DNA of 64,000 nucleotides from Lama glama (lineage: Eukaryota). Positions 14,154 through 26,352 of the stretch are shown one piece after another. The number at the start of each line of letters is the position of its first letter. The first letter of the stretch is position 1. The stretch covers positions 83,578,001-83,642,000 of the forward strand of contig CM052816.1 of assembly GCA_028534125.1 (NCBI GenBank). The letters are read 5' to 3'. The notes beneath the pieces are model-generated. The model searched no databases. It saw only the letters and a list, made by a program, of their open reading frames with translations, and was not told where the DNA came from. The position numbers and the translations under genes are program-made.

Positions 14154-14530
14154 AAGAATACTGCCTGTGCTACACAGTAAATCCTTGTTGCTTATCTATT
14201 TTACATAAAGTAGTTTGTATCTGTTAACCCCATATCCCTAATTTGAGCCTCCCTCCCTCCCTCTCCTCTTTGGTAATCATAGATTTGATTTCTATGTATG
14301 TGAGTCTGTTTCTGTTTCGTATATAGATTCATTTGTATCATTTTTAGATTCCACCCATAACTGACAACACGGGGAATTATATTCAATATCTTGTAATAAC
14401 CTATAATGGAATCTAATCTGAAAAAAACAACTGAAACACTTTGCTGTGCACCTGAAACTAACACAATATTGTAAATTAACTATACTTCAATTTAAAAAAT
14501 TAAAAAGAAAAAGGAAAAAGAATGCTGCCT
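14154..14530 (+). mobile_element. Short 5'-inverted (twin-primed) L1 3' end with TSD
   Basis: 14167-~14360 is L1 3' UTR in antisense and ~14366-14517 is sense with an A-rich tail. TSD aagaatactgcct (14154-14166) / aagaatgctgcct (14518-14530). Confidence 0.9.
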
Positions 14531-15609
14531 AAGTTAAGGTAACCATGTGACAGGACTCTAAAGCTCATTTAGGGGCTTACCATAAAATTCCAATAACACA
14601 AGCTTACATTTTCTAGACTGTTCTGCCTCCAGTTAATTGAAAATAATCTGGAAATTCAAAACAGCCTTCCCCTGGATATTTGCTTACTTGCAAAGCAGAC
14701 ACATTTTTATGATGTGTTTAGTTAGCAGATTAGTGAAGTGGGTATGTCAGAAGGATTCAGCTTGCTAATTAGAGTTTTTAATGAGTTTTTGCTATGTCAC
14801 TCCTTAGTAGTCTATTTACCATTTTCCATACTGTGGTTTGAAAGCCAAAATCCTAGTGGATTTCAATTAACTCAAAGTATTTCTCCTAAAATCACCCCAG
14901 CCATAATATTTAAAGAGTTCAATGAACAGAAGAGATAGTAAAAATAAGGCAAAGTGTAAGAGCATAAGACAGTAATAATGATGCAAGGTATTAGGGCAAA
15001 TATATAAATATTCATATAAATATACAACAGACACAAACATTAAAATAAAATCAAAAAAGAAATGTGTTCAGGTTGAATTCAAGGAAGAATTACTTATATT
15101 ATACAGGTTACTATGCATGCAGTGATATTTACTTAAATTACTTTTTAATGAACTTGCAGTTAAATTCAAGCTATCTGAGTTTTACAAGCTGTCTACTCTG
15201 TGATAGATTATTTCATTTGAAAATTCTGTGGCATTGGTGAATAAACCATACCTTATAAGCGGTATCTGTATTATCAACTACATTGATTTACTAGTATATT
15301 GCTTTCTGTTGTACTTCTACGGTAAATCCTACATTGGTTTGGCCCATATAATAGCAAAATAAAGAAATACCTGTCTATCTACTGAGTGACAGTCTACAGT
15401 CCAGAACAACTCCCAATTAAGGAAATCTTAACTGTGCTATATGTTATCTTGCTTTGGTTGCGTTGTTAACTTCACATCAAAGAGGGAATTTAGAAACAGA
15501 TTTAGGATTTGGTGAGTGCTGAACTTGGTACAAAGCTGAGATTGTTTAACTCTGTCCAAGGTGAGAAGATTCTTTTAACTTCCCTGAATATTTTTATGGA
15601 ACATGCAAT

Positions 15610-16038
15610 GTATACAGTTGATTTCCAGCAAAATCTACTTCCCTTCCCATGTAATTTCTCTCTGGGAAGTGGCTTCTCAGCTGGAGATGACATTCCCTAG
15701 ACCACGTGGTGGTCCTGTGAGTGGTCTCCAGTGAAATGTGAGCAGAATGATCTGTGTCATGACAGATGAAGTCAGTTAAGACTCAGAGGGATCTTCCCCT
15801 GGCTCTTTCTTTTCCCTTTTGAGGACTGAGAGCAGAGGATTCTTTGGGTTTCTGAGGGACAGCAGAACCACAGTCGGGGAGCAACTTTGTCCCTGAATCA
15901 CCATACAGAGAGAGCACTCCCACATCAGACAGGAACATCCACATTAGCTAGCTAAGTGAGTGAAAAGTAAACTCTGATGTTAAGTTACTGAAATTTGAGG
16001 GTTTATTTTTTACGTTATGGAGAACCACCTAACTACAG
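15610..16038 (+). mobile_element. MaLR LTR (MLT1-like)
   Basis: ggtcctgtgagtggtctccagtgaaatgtgagcagaa...gtgagtgaaaagtaaactctgatgttaagttactgaaatttgaggg matches old MLT1 LTR features. Confidence 0.65.
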
Positions 16039-18424
16039 AAAGAAATGCAGTATTCTACACACACGAATACTTTTTTTTAATAGCAGTATCTCAGTGATCA
16101 TGTGAATGTTTACTAGATATTTTTACAAACTGGTCTCCTAATAATGACCTAGCAAATAAAACCCAACATGTCAATTATCCGTATTTCAAGAAGAGTATAA
16201 AATCAAAGTCTGAATGTTAATATTTAGAAAACTGCCTGAGGAGCAACACACACATACACCCGTTTTTATTCCTCCAATTTATCAACATATTGTGGACTAA
16301 AAAGGCAAATAGGAAAATATGTTTTCTTTCTCCAGGGATTACCTTACATCCTCTTTTCTCTTTATTTTATTATGCACACTGCTATGGGGATCTGGGAGGC
16401 CTATTATTAAAACAACCCTTAATCCTAAGGGAAAGAAACAAGCTGGTGATGCAGATGGGGTCTAAGTGAAAAGAATAAGTTATAAAAAAGTTCAGTGAAA
16501 TCATATTACAGGAAGAATATACAGAACACTCTTTTCCCCATAGAAATCTATCATTGTGTGAAATTAACTTTGTCTCCTTTGTTATTATTCACTGATGGTT
16601 AGAGGCAACATAGCTAAAATATGAAAAGAGGAAAACTCTAATTAGTTGCTTGATTCTACTTTAAATAAAATGTATTTACCAATTATATAACTATATTAAT
16701 AAAATTTCCATACACAACTATCAGAAATTCATTTGAAGGGTAGGAGTATGGCTTCAAACAGTCTTATTGTGGTAGGATCAGAAGCCTTTAATTGCAAGGA
16801 TTCTCCCTTTATTTGCTCAGTCACACCTAACTAGACAAGGGGCAGGTACTGCACTTAAGCAAGAACAATCAGAATTTCTTCCCAAGGAATTTTTAATTGG
16901 TAATGTTAGAAATAGTTTTGGTCCTTGGATGTTTAACTTGTAAACATGAGCTCTGAATAGGCTCTTTAGCCATTTGGACTCAGTTCCTTCTGGAAAATGA
17001 GTAACATTGCAGGTGACCAGCAAGATGAAGAAGGAGAAACACTGCAGATCAGCTTCTCAGGGGTGCTCGCAAGCCTTTTCGATGTTTAGCTCTTCTACCT
17101 CCAGCTTAGGGGAGGACCTTGTATCATTTTTGCTTAATCTGACTTCATTCAGTAATGTTCTATTACTTGAAATCCCCCCCAAAAGCTCTAACTAACATAA
17201 ATATGTAAAATAACATGAAAAGAAAAAATGAATTTCATTTTCTGGTAACTTCTTGAATCGTTTATGCGTTTTTGACTTGCAGGAGTACTGGCTTCAGCAA
17301 AAATTAAGAGTCAATGGCCTTATATTAGGACTAGAGGAGAGACACTGTACCTGATTTTTCTGAACTCTAGAATGTACTCTGTATTTGAACTCTGGGAACT
17401 TCTTTCTCTTCTATGTGTTACAGTTTAACCTCTCACAGCTCACCCTGCAGCAATTATGAACAAAGCCTTTCTATTCAAAGTAGTCTCACTCTCCATCTCT
17501 TTTAGTGAAGCACAACCCAATTAGCATTGTTGTAAATTTTACTTTCTTTTCTTATAAATTTATTTATGACATTTTATTAAGAATAAAATTGATCATTTGA
17601 TGGTTTTAAACCTCCTGTCATTTTCTCCCTTAATTAAAATGTTGCGTGAAACATAAGACTATAGACAATAAGGTTAGATCCTGAGGTTATACACAGTTGA
17701 GGCTCAAAAAAAATGTGTTTAACTTTAAATCTCAGTCTAATGACCTATGCATATTGTTTAAAGGTGTTACTATAATTTATTCACTAACAGAAGTAAGCAA
17801 CATTTTTGATAAGTATTGCTTTTGCTTGAGAAAAATTGATAAGAACACTTTCTTTTCCCTTGGAGGCTTTTTTTTTTTAATTTTGAATGGAACATACAAA
17901 GTTCAGCTTATTCTATTTATTGTACATTCACTGCAAGAATGACTGTAAGAGCCGGGTGCAGAGGATCCAAACCACATTTAAGCAGAACAAATGTACTGAG
18001 TCTCCCAGGCAACAGATCTCAGACTGCTGACTGAGGTACCACAGAACCATGCAGGACACAGGATGGGTTGGGACATCACTGTGCTGGTGAATGAACGGGC
18101 TATGGCTCAAAACACCAGGTAGAGTAAAGCTACAGTGATTCGGGGACTCTGATTCTGACCCCTCAGTTGGGGTCTGTGGGTGAAAACCACGCACAGGCTT
18201 CCCAGCCTCTTTTGCCCTTGCTTGGCTGCACATGTGGTCCTGGTAGTGATGCACTTGGACACAGAATCATTGCTCAGAAAAGTGGGTGCTCAGAACATAA
18301 TTTTCACACAAGCTACTCAGTACCCACACTAAGGAGGCATAAATCAAAAACCTGGAAACTGAAGCACCACAACTATTAACGTTTTTACAGCAATTAACTC
18401 TCAGCATCATGTTCTCATTTAATT

Positions 18425-18872
18425 ACTTTTTTTAAATCCAGAATACACAAGGGTAGAGTTATATATATATAGATTACCACAATAAGTTTAGTGAACATCC
18501 ATCATCATATATACATAGAAAATAAAAGGAAAAAACAAAACATTTTTTCCTTGGGATGAAAAGTCTTAGGATCTACTCTCTTAGAAACTGTCACATATAT
18601 ACTACAGCAGTGTTAACTATATCTATCATATTGTATATTACACTCCTAGTAGTTATTTATCTTATAACTGCAAGTTTGTATCTTTAGATTGCCCTCATTC
18701 AATTCCTCCCCTCCCTGCCTCTGGTAACCACAAATCTGATCTCTTTTTCTTTTGTGATTGTTTTTGAAATATAATTGACCTACAGCACTAAGTTAGTTTT
18801 GTTACACAACAGAGTGATTCGATATTTCCATACCTTTTAAAGTGATTTCCACGGTTAAGTCTAGTTACCAGG
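18425..18872 (-). mobile_element. L1MA-type 3' end inserted within the pseudogene 3' UTR
   Basis: attaccacaataagtttagtgaacatccatcatc...aggatctactctcttag...ctctggtaaccacaaatctgatctc is antisense L1MA 3' UTR. Confidence 0.8.
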
Positions 18873-19944
18873 AAAAGCTATATTTTGCCACCCCCAAACC
18901 TCTTCCTTGGGGTACACATAACTCTATTCATAGTGACAGTTCTGTCAGTCAACTGCAAACTAAACCATCCAAGGACTTGAGGATAACAGGTATCTGGATA
19001 ATTTCACATGTCCACACCCAAGTAAGAGATAAGCATGTTCAATTCCCTAGTTCACAGGAAGCTATCCCAGGATCTGTCTGACCTGGAGGACCAAGTGTTT
19101 TATGTTTTTGTTTTTGATTTTTTCTCTTGTTTTTGCTTTTACTTGGCTCACATTGAGACCAGCCAGGCCAGTCTATTGAACCTCCCGCCCAATTCTTCCC
19201 CAGGAAGGAGGCACTCTGCCGCGCCCAGAAGAAACCAGGCAGGTAGCAGAGAGAACAATAAAAGAATCCTGCACCACAGGGATGCCCAACCACAGCAGGA
19301 ACAACCTAGGAGACAGAGAGGGCGGTGTGGAGGTTGACTCCCCAGAAAGACATGGTAGGAGCTGAACTTCACGGGCCTAAATATGAACTTCGCCCCAGTT
19401 GGTCCACTGCCCACTTAATGCCAACAAGTATACAGAGGAAAGAAAGCCTGGACCTGCATTTTATTCCCACCTCTGGAACCTCTTCCAACATCACATGAGG
19501 TAAGATCTCCACTCCACAGTGAGGCTGCAGTGCTACACAGGTGATGCTAATGCTCCCGCAAGGGCCATCACACAGAGAACTCTGCAAGTCCCTGGGTATG
19601 TCTATGCAGAAGTGCTCCCCTACTGAGGCTGGAAGGCAGGAGGGTGGCAGACCACTCTGTGGGCCCTTCTAACACCTCCACAGTGAAATCAAGGATAAAA
19701 TTACATTAGTGGATGTCTAGTCAGCTGACAGACTAGGCTAGGGAGGGAGTTTCACAAAGGTGTACTGCTCTTTTGTTTGTTTATTTTGAAAAATTAAAGT
19801 AAGGGGATATGGTCAAAACCATTTCCCTATGCTTCAAAAATTCATCTTACTGACTATAATAGGCAGAGAGAGACAAACTGCCGTAAATCTCCAAGGAACA
19901 TTCCTTCAGCCCTCTCATGTACAATATCTGTTTCTGTTTTTGAC

Positions 19945-20220
19945 TCTTTTTTCCAGCTTTACTGAGGTCTGATTGACAAATAAAATCATAACACATTTAA
20001 AGTATACCATGTGCCTTGATATATATATATATACACATTGTGAAAGGATTCCCATAATTGAGTTAATTAACACATTCATTACCTCGCATATTATTATTAT
20101 TATTTTTTTGGTGAGAATTCTTAAGTTCTACTTTCAGCAAATTTTAATTACACCATATACTTTTATCAACTTCAGCTACCATGTCATACACTAGATCTTC
20201 AGAACTTACTCATCTTAAAA
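19945..20220 (-). mobile_element. L1MA-type 3' end inserted within the pseudogene
   Basis: ccagctttactgaggtctgattgacaaataaaatc...cacattgtgaaaggattcccataattgagttaattaacacattc...ctagatcttcagaacttactcatctt. Confidence 0.8.
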
Positions 20221-21239
20221 ATGTTACTTCTTCTCAGGAAACCTTTGCCACTTCTGTGAGGCGGTCCCAAGGTGAATCTGAGTGCGGACTAGGGGATGGG
20301 GCAGAAGAAAGCATCTTGGCAAGAGGAAGCATCGAAGAGAGGGCTGTGGAGAGGCCTGACTCTTCTGGGGGGTCAGTTGATTCCACGTACTGAAAACCAG
20401 CCCCCAGAGCACAGCTAGTCTCAACAGCATAAGTTTTCTGAGTCAGTCTCAGAACTTTGTTCCCCAGAAATCTGAATTCTTGCAGCAGCAAACTGGCAAA
20501 GGTGAGATCCATGCTTATGTACAAAAGGCTTGTTCTGTGGGTTGATCTCCTTTGTCCAATACACATGCTTGGCTGCAATCTCAGAAGTCTCCAAACATAA
20601 AACAGCCTCCTTTCTCTGCATCTAGGTCAAATTTTGCTGCAAAATCGTGATAATAAAAACACGCATACAAATTCAAACTCTTCACTTCTTCCATTTCGTG
20701 CACTTTGTGCTGTCTGCCACTCTGCTGGCACACAGCTCACGGAGGCCAGCTGCCTTCTGTCCTGACACGCTGTGCATTATTTCAGCATGTTCTCACTCTT
20801 CTTTGAAACTGGGGCACAAACAAGGGCTGACCACCTCCCTTTCCTCTTGAGCAGCTTCTCTCTCCACTTCAAAGGTGCTTTATCACTTCATATTTGCTGT
20901 TGTTTCCGAAGACTTTTCACAGGATTTAGTGGTGGTAAACGCACTTCCAGATTTCTTTACACAAACGGTTGTTCAACTCTCTGGTTCTTCCCATGAACCC
21001 TGCATGGCCTCCTTTGTCCCGTCCATGGATGCAGGTGTCATTCCCCCAGAGCAGATACATGAAGGCTGTGCCCAGTTCTTCTGCCAGCTTCCCTAGGAGC
21101 ACTTATTATTTTTTTATATAACTTTTGTCAATTATTTCAAAATTACAAAAGGAAGAAATAAGGGGAGTGATCGCCCAACAACCTGAAGCCAGAGTATTCT
21201 TCACTTGTGTTCTTAAAAAGTTTTTAAAGGTTCCTTTTA

Positions 21240-22515
21240 AAAAGAAAATTGAGTTATCATTGACATTTAACATTATATTATTAGGTATATGACATAATAA
21301 TTCAATATTTGTAGATATTGTGAAATGATCACCACAATAAGTCTAATTAACATCCATCATCATACATAGTTACAAATTTTTTTCCTGTGATGAAGATGTT
21401 AAGATCTACTCTCTTAGTGACTTTCAAAGATGCAAAACAGTACTGTTAACTATAGCCACAATGCTGTACATTACATCCCCATGACTTACTCATTTTATAA
21501 CTGGAAATTTGTACCATTTGATCCCCTTCATCCATTTCACCCACATCTGCATCTAGCACCCACCAAGCTGTTCTCTGTATCTGAGTGCCTTTTCACTTGT
21601 TTTCCTTTTTCTTTTTTTGATTCCACACATAAATGAGATTATGTGGTATCTGTCTGTCTCTGTTGAATTATTTCACTTGGCATAATGCCCTCAAGGTCAA
21701 TCCATGTTATTGCAAATGTCAAGATTTTCTTCTTTTCCATGGATGAGTAATATTCATTCATATATATACATATATCTCACAATTTCTTTACCTATTTATC
21801 CATCAATAGATACTTAGATTTTTTCCATATCTTGGCTGTTGTAAATAATGCAGCAATAAACATGCGGGTGCATATATCTTTTTTGAGTTAGTGTTTTCAT
21901 TTCATTTGGATAAATAATCAAAAGTGAAATTGCTAGTTAATTTGGTAGTTCTATTTTTAATTTTTTGAGGAACTCCCATACTCTTTTCCATAGTGGTTGC
22001 ACCAATTTACATTCCCACCAACTATTTAAAAGCGTTCCCTTTCTCCACATCCTCTCCAACACCTGTCATTTCTTATCTTTTTGATATTGGATATGAGGCA
22101 GTGTCTCATGATTTTGATTTGCATTTCCCTGATGATTAGTGATGTTGAGCATCTTTTCATCTTTTTCTGTTGGTCACCTGTGTGTCTTCTTTGAAAAAAT
22201 GTCTATTTGCATCCTCTGTCATTTTTTAATTGGATTGTTTGGGATTTTGCTATTGAATTGTATGATTTCTTCATATATTTTGAACATTAGCCCTTTATCA
22301 AATATATGATTTGCAAGTATTTTCTCCCACTCAGTAGACTGCCTTTTCATTTTGTTGATGGTTTCCTTTGCTGTGCAGAAGCTTTTTAGTTTGAAGTGGC
22401 CCCACTTGTTTATCATTGATTTTGTTGCCAAATCCAAGAAATCATCATCAAGATTGGTATCAAGAAGCTAACCACTTACGTTTTCTTCTAGGAGTTTTAT
22501 GGTTTCAGATCTTAT
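21240..22515 (-). mobile_element. 5'-truncated L1MA (ORF2 C-terminus + 3' UTR)
   Basis: ORF 22219-22437 reads INKWGHFKLKSFCTAKETINKMKRQSTEWEKILANH (L1 ORF2). Antisense 3' UTR from ~21245. Confidence 0.92.
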
Positions 22516-22799
22516 GAATAACACTTAATTTTAAATGAAGCAAATTAAATTTATTTTAAATTAAAGATAAATTGCTACAATAACACTTAGGCTTCAACAC
22601 TTGGAAGTATTAGAACCTATGTCTATGATGTTAATGTATTATAATACTCAAACACTATACATAAACTCTATTATACCATTTGAATAACCTTAAATATCTC
22701 ACAATATTTTATTGGCATAATTAAATTTTAAAGTAAAATCATATGTTTAAATACATTGTTCTTTTGCTGAAAGCCTTCTTAGTACAACTAATCAGAATT

Positions 22800-23540
22800 A
22801 GGCCAGAATTTCTACATTCAGGGCATCTCCACAAGACTGCCCTCACTGCAGACAACAGCTACAAGCTTGGGGGTCCCCAGGCCATCCTCACTTCTGACCA
22901 GCTGGCTATAAATCTGAGGGTTGTAACCACTTCTACATGTTTGATAATTTGCTAGAACAACCCACAGAACTCAGAAAGAGCTATACTTGCGATTACAGTT
23001 TTATTATAGCAAGTGGGTACAGATTAGAACCAGCCAAGGAAGAGACACATAAAGCAAAGTCAGGAGGATTCCAAACACAAACCCTATGTTGTCCTCTTCC
23101 GGTGGAATCAACCCTAAGCATCAACTGCCAGCATATGCATGACAACACACAGAGTTACCAACCAAGGAAGCTCACCCAAGCTTCAAGATCTAGAGTTTTG
23201 CTTAGGGTTTCACTACATAGGGATAGCTGGCTGGATCATTGGTCATGCTGCTGAACTCAATTTCCAGCTCCCCTCATCTCTCCAGAGGTCTGGTTGATAT
23301 CATGTTGCTCAAAGTGCTAATCCTCACATGGTTGGTCTTTCTGGCACAGTTAGCCTCCATGTTGAGTCATCTCCTCAGCAAAAATTATCTAGGGGCCCTC
23401 CCTGAGCCACCTCAATATAAACCATCATGTGTAGTCAGAGCCCACTGTGAATAACAGTGACACTCTTACCACCAGGAAAGTTCCATGAGTTTAGAGGTGA
23501 CTTCCCAGGAACTGGGGACAAAGGCAAACGAAAGTGATTT
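22800..23540 (-). mobile_element. MER21-like LTR
   Basis: acaagactgccctcactgcagacaacagctacaag...gggtccccaggcc...tttgataatttgctagaacaacccacagaactcag...cagttttatt matches recalled MER21. Confidence 0.8.
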
Positions 23541-23599
23541 GTGGAGAAGGATGACATTGGAACAAGAGTGAAATTATTGACTTGATTTTTACTTTCTGT

Positions 23600-23710
23600 A
23601 AAGCTACAGAGAAGAGAACAGAAATGGGTGCCTGCTTTGTTCACCACCAAGTCTCACAGCTAGGAGAAAATCCTACATGTGGTAGGTGTTCAACAAATAT
23701 TAACTAATTC
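23600..23710 (+). mobile_element. L2 3' end
   Basis: tgcctgctttgttcaccacc...catgtggtaggtgttcaacaaatatt. Confidence 0.6.
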
Positions 23711-24825
23711 AGTAACCTTAAAATTATTAAGTGTAGAATCGAGGTAGACCAGATGCTACCTTGCACAAGATTCCAATGGAAGTCAAACGTGTAAGGAAAA
23801 ACTTAACGGGTGGGAAATATGAAATGCAGGCAATTCCTTCTTCAGCCTTAATTTCTGTCCTTCCATTTGGATAAAAATAGCCATTATTTGCCCAGAGAGA
23901 CAATGCTCTGCAGGAGAGATTGCAAAATTCTAAAAGCAGAGTTCATAAACCACCATGGTGTATGAATAGCAAAGCCAGATTATTAGACAATTGCCTAATC
24001 ATAACCAAAAATGAGTTGAAGAATACTTCAGTAGTGCAGGTAACATTCTACCATAAAAACTAGAAGTAAAATCAGTGTTCTCACTCAGATAGTAAGCTAC
24101 ATAAACATCACAGAGGAGTTGGCCCCAATGCTCTCTGCTGGCAAAGCTAGAACTGTCCTCTGGAAATACTTTCAGATATATTGCAGCACATTGGAAAAGA
24201 AAAAAAAAAAAAGGGCTAGTCTCCCCCAGACTTCCATAACATAGCAGGTATCAGGAACAGTGATATTTTGAAAAGTATTTCTAATCATTAGTTAGGGCTA
24301 TGTTGTTTGTGGGTAGAAGGGATATACTCAGGGATATACCGCATGGGTCAGAAAGTTCTAGAGAGTGATTTCTACCTACCTCTACAGAACAAATTAGGAG
24401 CAAAATCACACCTCAGATAGTTGAGTAGCTTATTTGAATGTATAGGTCATATCATCTGTGACCCAGATTCAGAAGAATTATGTCCGGATATTGTGCACTC
24501 TAACATAATAAAGTGCTTTAAAATGCATTTCCTGAAGGCATCCTCCCTGGATTTAAATACCTATTCACCTACCATCTGTGTGCTCGGGAATGCCAATTAA
24601 CTTACCGCACTCATATTAATAATATTCTCTCAGGAAACTGTAAAATTTAAAGAGAATTCAACCAAAGTGATTAAACAAATCTAACCCACTGCAAATATTT
24701 AATAAACGGGAACTAATAGTTCGTTACTGGTAAGGCTCATTAGAAAGTCCCGGGAAACAAAAACAGAATAAAATGTAATCTTTTTTTCCCCCTTTGTGCT
24801 TCCTCTAGTCTCCTTGCTCATAGGG

Positions 24826-25224
24826 TGTCATGTGCAGAGGCCTTGCACGCGGCACTCAGACCAGAGTCCCTCGTGCCAAACGGCTGCCTGCCCACTTCAC
24901 GCGGAAGCACTGTGCACCACACCACAGTCAAGATGGCAGCGGCAGGCCGTGTGCAGACACGGCACCAGGCACCGCGCTGATCTGGAGCCGCAAGTGGAAC
25001 CGCTGCCCCTGCCTCGGAGAACTTCACTCCCTCCCCTATAACACAGCTGCACCCACCACCCGTCAGGGAGAGCAGCGTGGATCTAGACTGCAAGTTGGCA
25101 CCTCTCCACTCTCTGATCAAAGAGTAAAGCCTCTCTTTGTATCTTGAGTGGAACTTTGTCTTGGCACGAGCCACATCAGGCAGATGGACCCTTGTTGGGG
25201 ACCAGCTCAGGAGGGTTGGTAACA
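24826..25224 (+). mobile_element. CpG-rich solo LTR, probably lineage-specific ERV
   Basis: TG...CA termini (tgtca...taaca), ~400 bp, TATA-like tataa (25037), poly(A)-signal variant agtaaa (25123), YY1 motif aagatggc (24930), about 17 CpGs. No PBS or TSD recognised. Confidence 0.75.
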
Positions 25225-25259
25225 GAAGTAGTAGTAACACTGGTCTCCTTTGAGGAGGA

Positions 25260-26320
25260 AATGAGGAAACACTAATTTTAATTAGAAGACCTTTTCTCGT
25301 TTAAGTATATTTCAGAAGAATAAAGCTCTGGCTTATGCCTTTGCTGAGTAACGTTCGATAGTTCAGCGTCTGACCCATAGAGAGCAACAAGAGAGAGCCC
25401 AGCACTCACGCCTGACGGTGAGGTTGAGGAAAGGGTACTCCTTTTCCCCGTTTTTACAGTCCTAAGTGCCTTCATGACTGCTCGTCTAAGGCATTCTAAG
25501 AGACTACTTCTAAGTAATGAAAAAGCACATTCACTCATTTGTTTTCCTGGCTGCTACTGAATTTGTGAGGGCTTTGGTTTGATAAATATACAGTTGTCCC
25601 ACTTTATAATTCCCTCTCCATAACCTAGCACCCAGAGTTGGATTCCTTCTGTCCTCCGGTTGCTTATGGCTGATTTTCCTGACTATGTAGCCAGCCTTTA
25701 GCTGCTGTCTAAGAAGTTGTATAAATCCATACCTCACCATTGCTGTTGTCACATAGTTCTGATGAAATAAAAAATACCACTCTTAATTCTGCTCATTTAG
25801 AGGATATATCTTTCCCTTCTTTAGTCAAATGCAGCTACCACAGGTCACAATGCAGCTGCCTTCCAGATTGAATGAAGGCTGGTTCTCCATTCTGAGCTGG
25901 GGGCTCTCTAATAACTGATTAAAGGAAAGAGCTGTCTAACTCCGTCTAGATACTGGGTTGGGTAACTCGTAAGAGGGATTTAACGTAGAGCGCAAAGCCT
26001 ATCGTCTACTTATTCACACATGTGATCAGTACCACTAGTGACCACCCACTATGCATACTTTTAAATTCACCTTTTCCACTTGACAATAAGAGTGCCTTTC
26101 ACTCTCTGTTGGAGTACTTTCTGACATAAACCCTGACATGATGAATATTTCAGACTCTATTAAAGTCCAATAAGCCATATTTTGCCTTTCAAAGGGAGTA
26201 CCCCTGGAGGCAGCATCAGATAACTTTCTAGTTTAACGTGACAGCAGGCACCACCAGAGTACTTACAGGCTTTTATCAAAGACTCCAGTCAACATAAGTG
26301 TATATTGGTGACATTTCTAA
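25260..26320 (-). mobile_element. Degenerate ERV-L (class III) internal pol remnant (RT connection/RNase H region)
   Basis: Minus strand ~26150-26300 reads YVDWSL**KP...TRKLSDAASRGTPFERQNMAYWTLIESE, resembling ERV-L WSLWQ...SKALP..A.NYSPFERQLLACYWALVETE. A weaker RNase H-like LYIYQTKALTNSVA lies in ORF 25531-25752. Confidence 0.7.
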
Positions 26321-26352
26321 TATTTTATGAGCATCAGAGGCACATATGGTCT

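Larger units (their letters stand above)
17868..21088 (-). pseudogene. ENTPD6: Processed pseudogene of ENTPD6 (NTPDase6/CD39L2): 5'-truncated CDS plus probable 3' UTR and poly(A), interrupted by L1 insertions
   Basis: Minus-strand translation across frameshifts and stops (~20350-21050) gives VVSPCLCPSFKEE*EHAEIMHSVSGQKAA, FYYHDFAAKFDLDAEKGGCFMFGDF-EIAAKHV, MDLTFASLLLQEFRFLGNKVLRLTQKTYAVETSCALGAGFQYVES and QKSQAS. These are colinear with the ENTPD6 C-terminus (LVSPCLSPSFKGEWEHAEVTYRVSGQKAA...DAEKGG...GDFEIAAKYVC...MDLTYVSLLLQEFGF...VETSWALGAIFHY...QKSPAS), with no introns. T-run at 17868-17878 is the putative poly(A). Candidate TSD ttcccttggaggc (17855-17867) / ttccctaggagc (21089-21100). The CDS match is strong; the 3' UTR extent is less certain. 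Confidence 0.9.

Noticed and set aside
16817..17195. Protein-like minus-strand peptide (...NEVRLSKNDTRSSPKLEVEELNIEKACEHP*) and overlapping short ORFs
   Set aside because: No recognisable homology, no convincing splice acceptor, no partner exons.
19097..19140. T-rich tract considered as the pseudogene poly(A) tail
   Set aside because: The T-run at 17868-17878 has an adjacent candidate TSD and mRNA-end-like sequence, so it fits better. Not fully excluded.
25278..25752. Two adjacent minus-strand ORFs considered as a non-retroviral endogenous viral element (e.g. bornavirus N)
   Set aside because: No bornavirus motifs. Neighbouring sequence carries an ERV-L pol motif, which explains the region.
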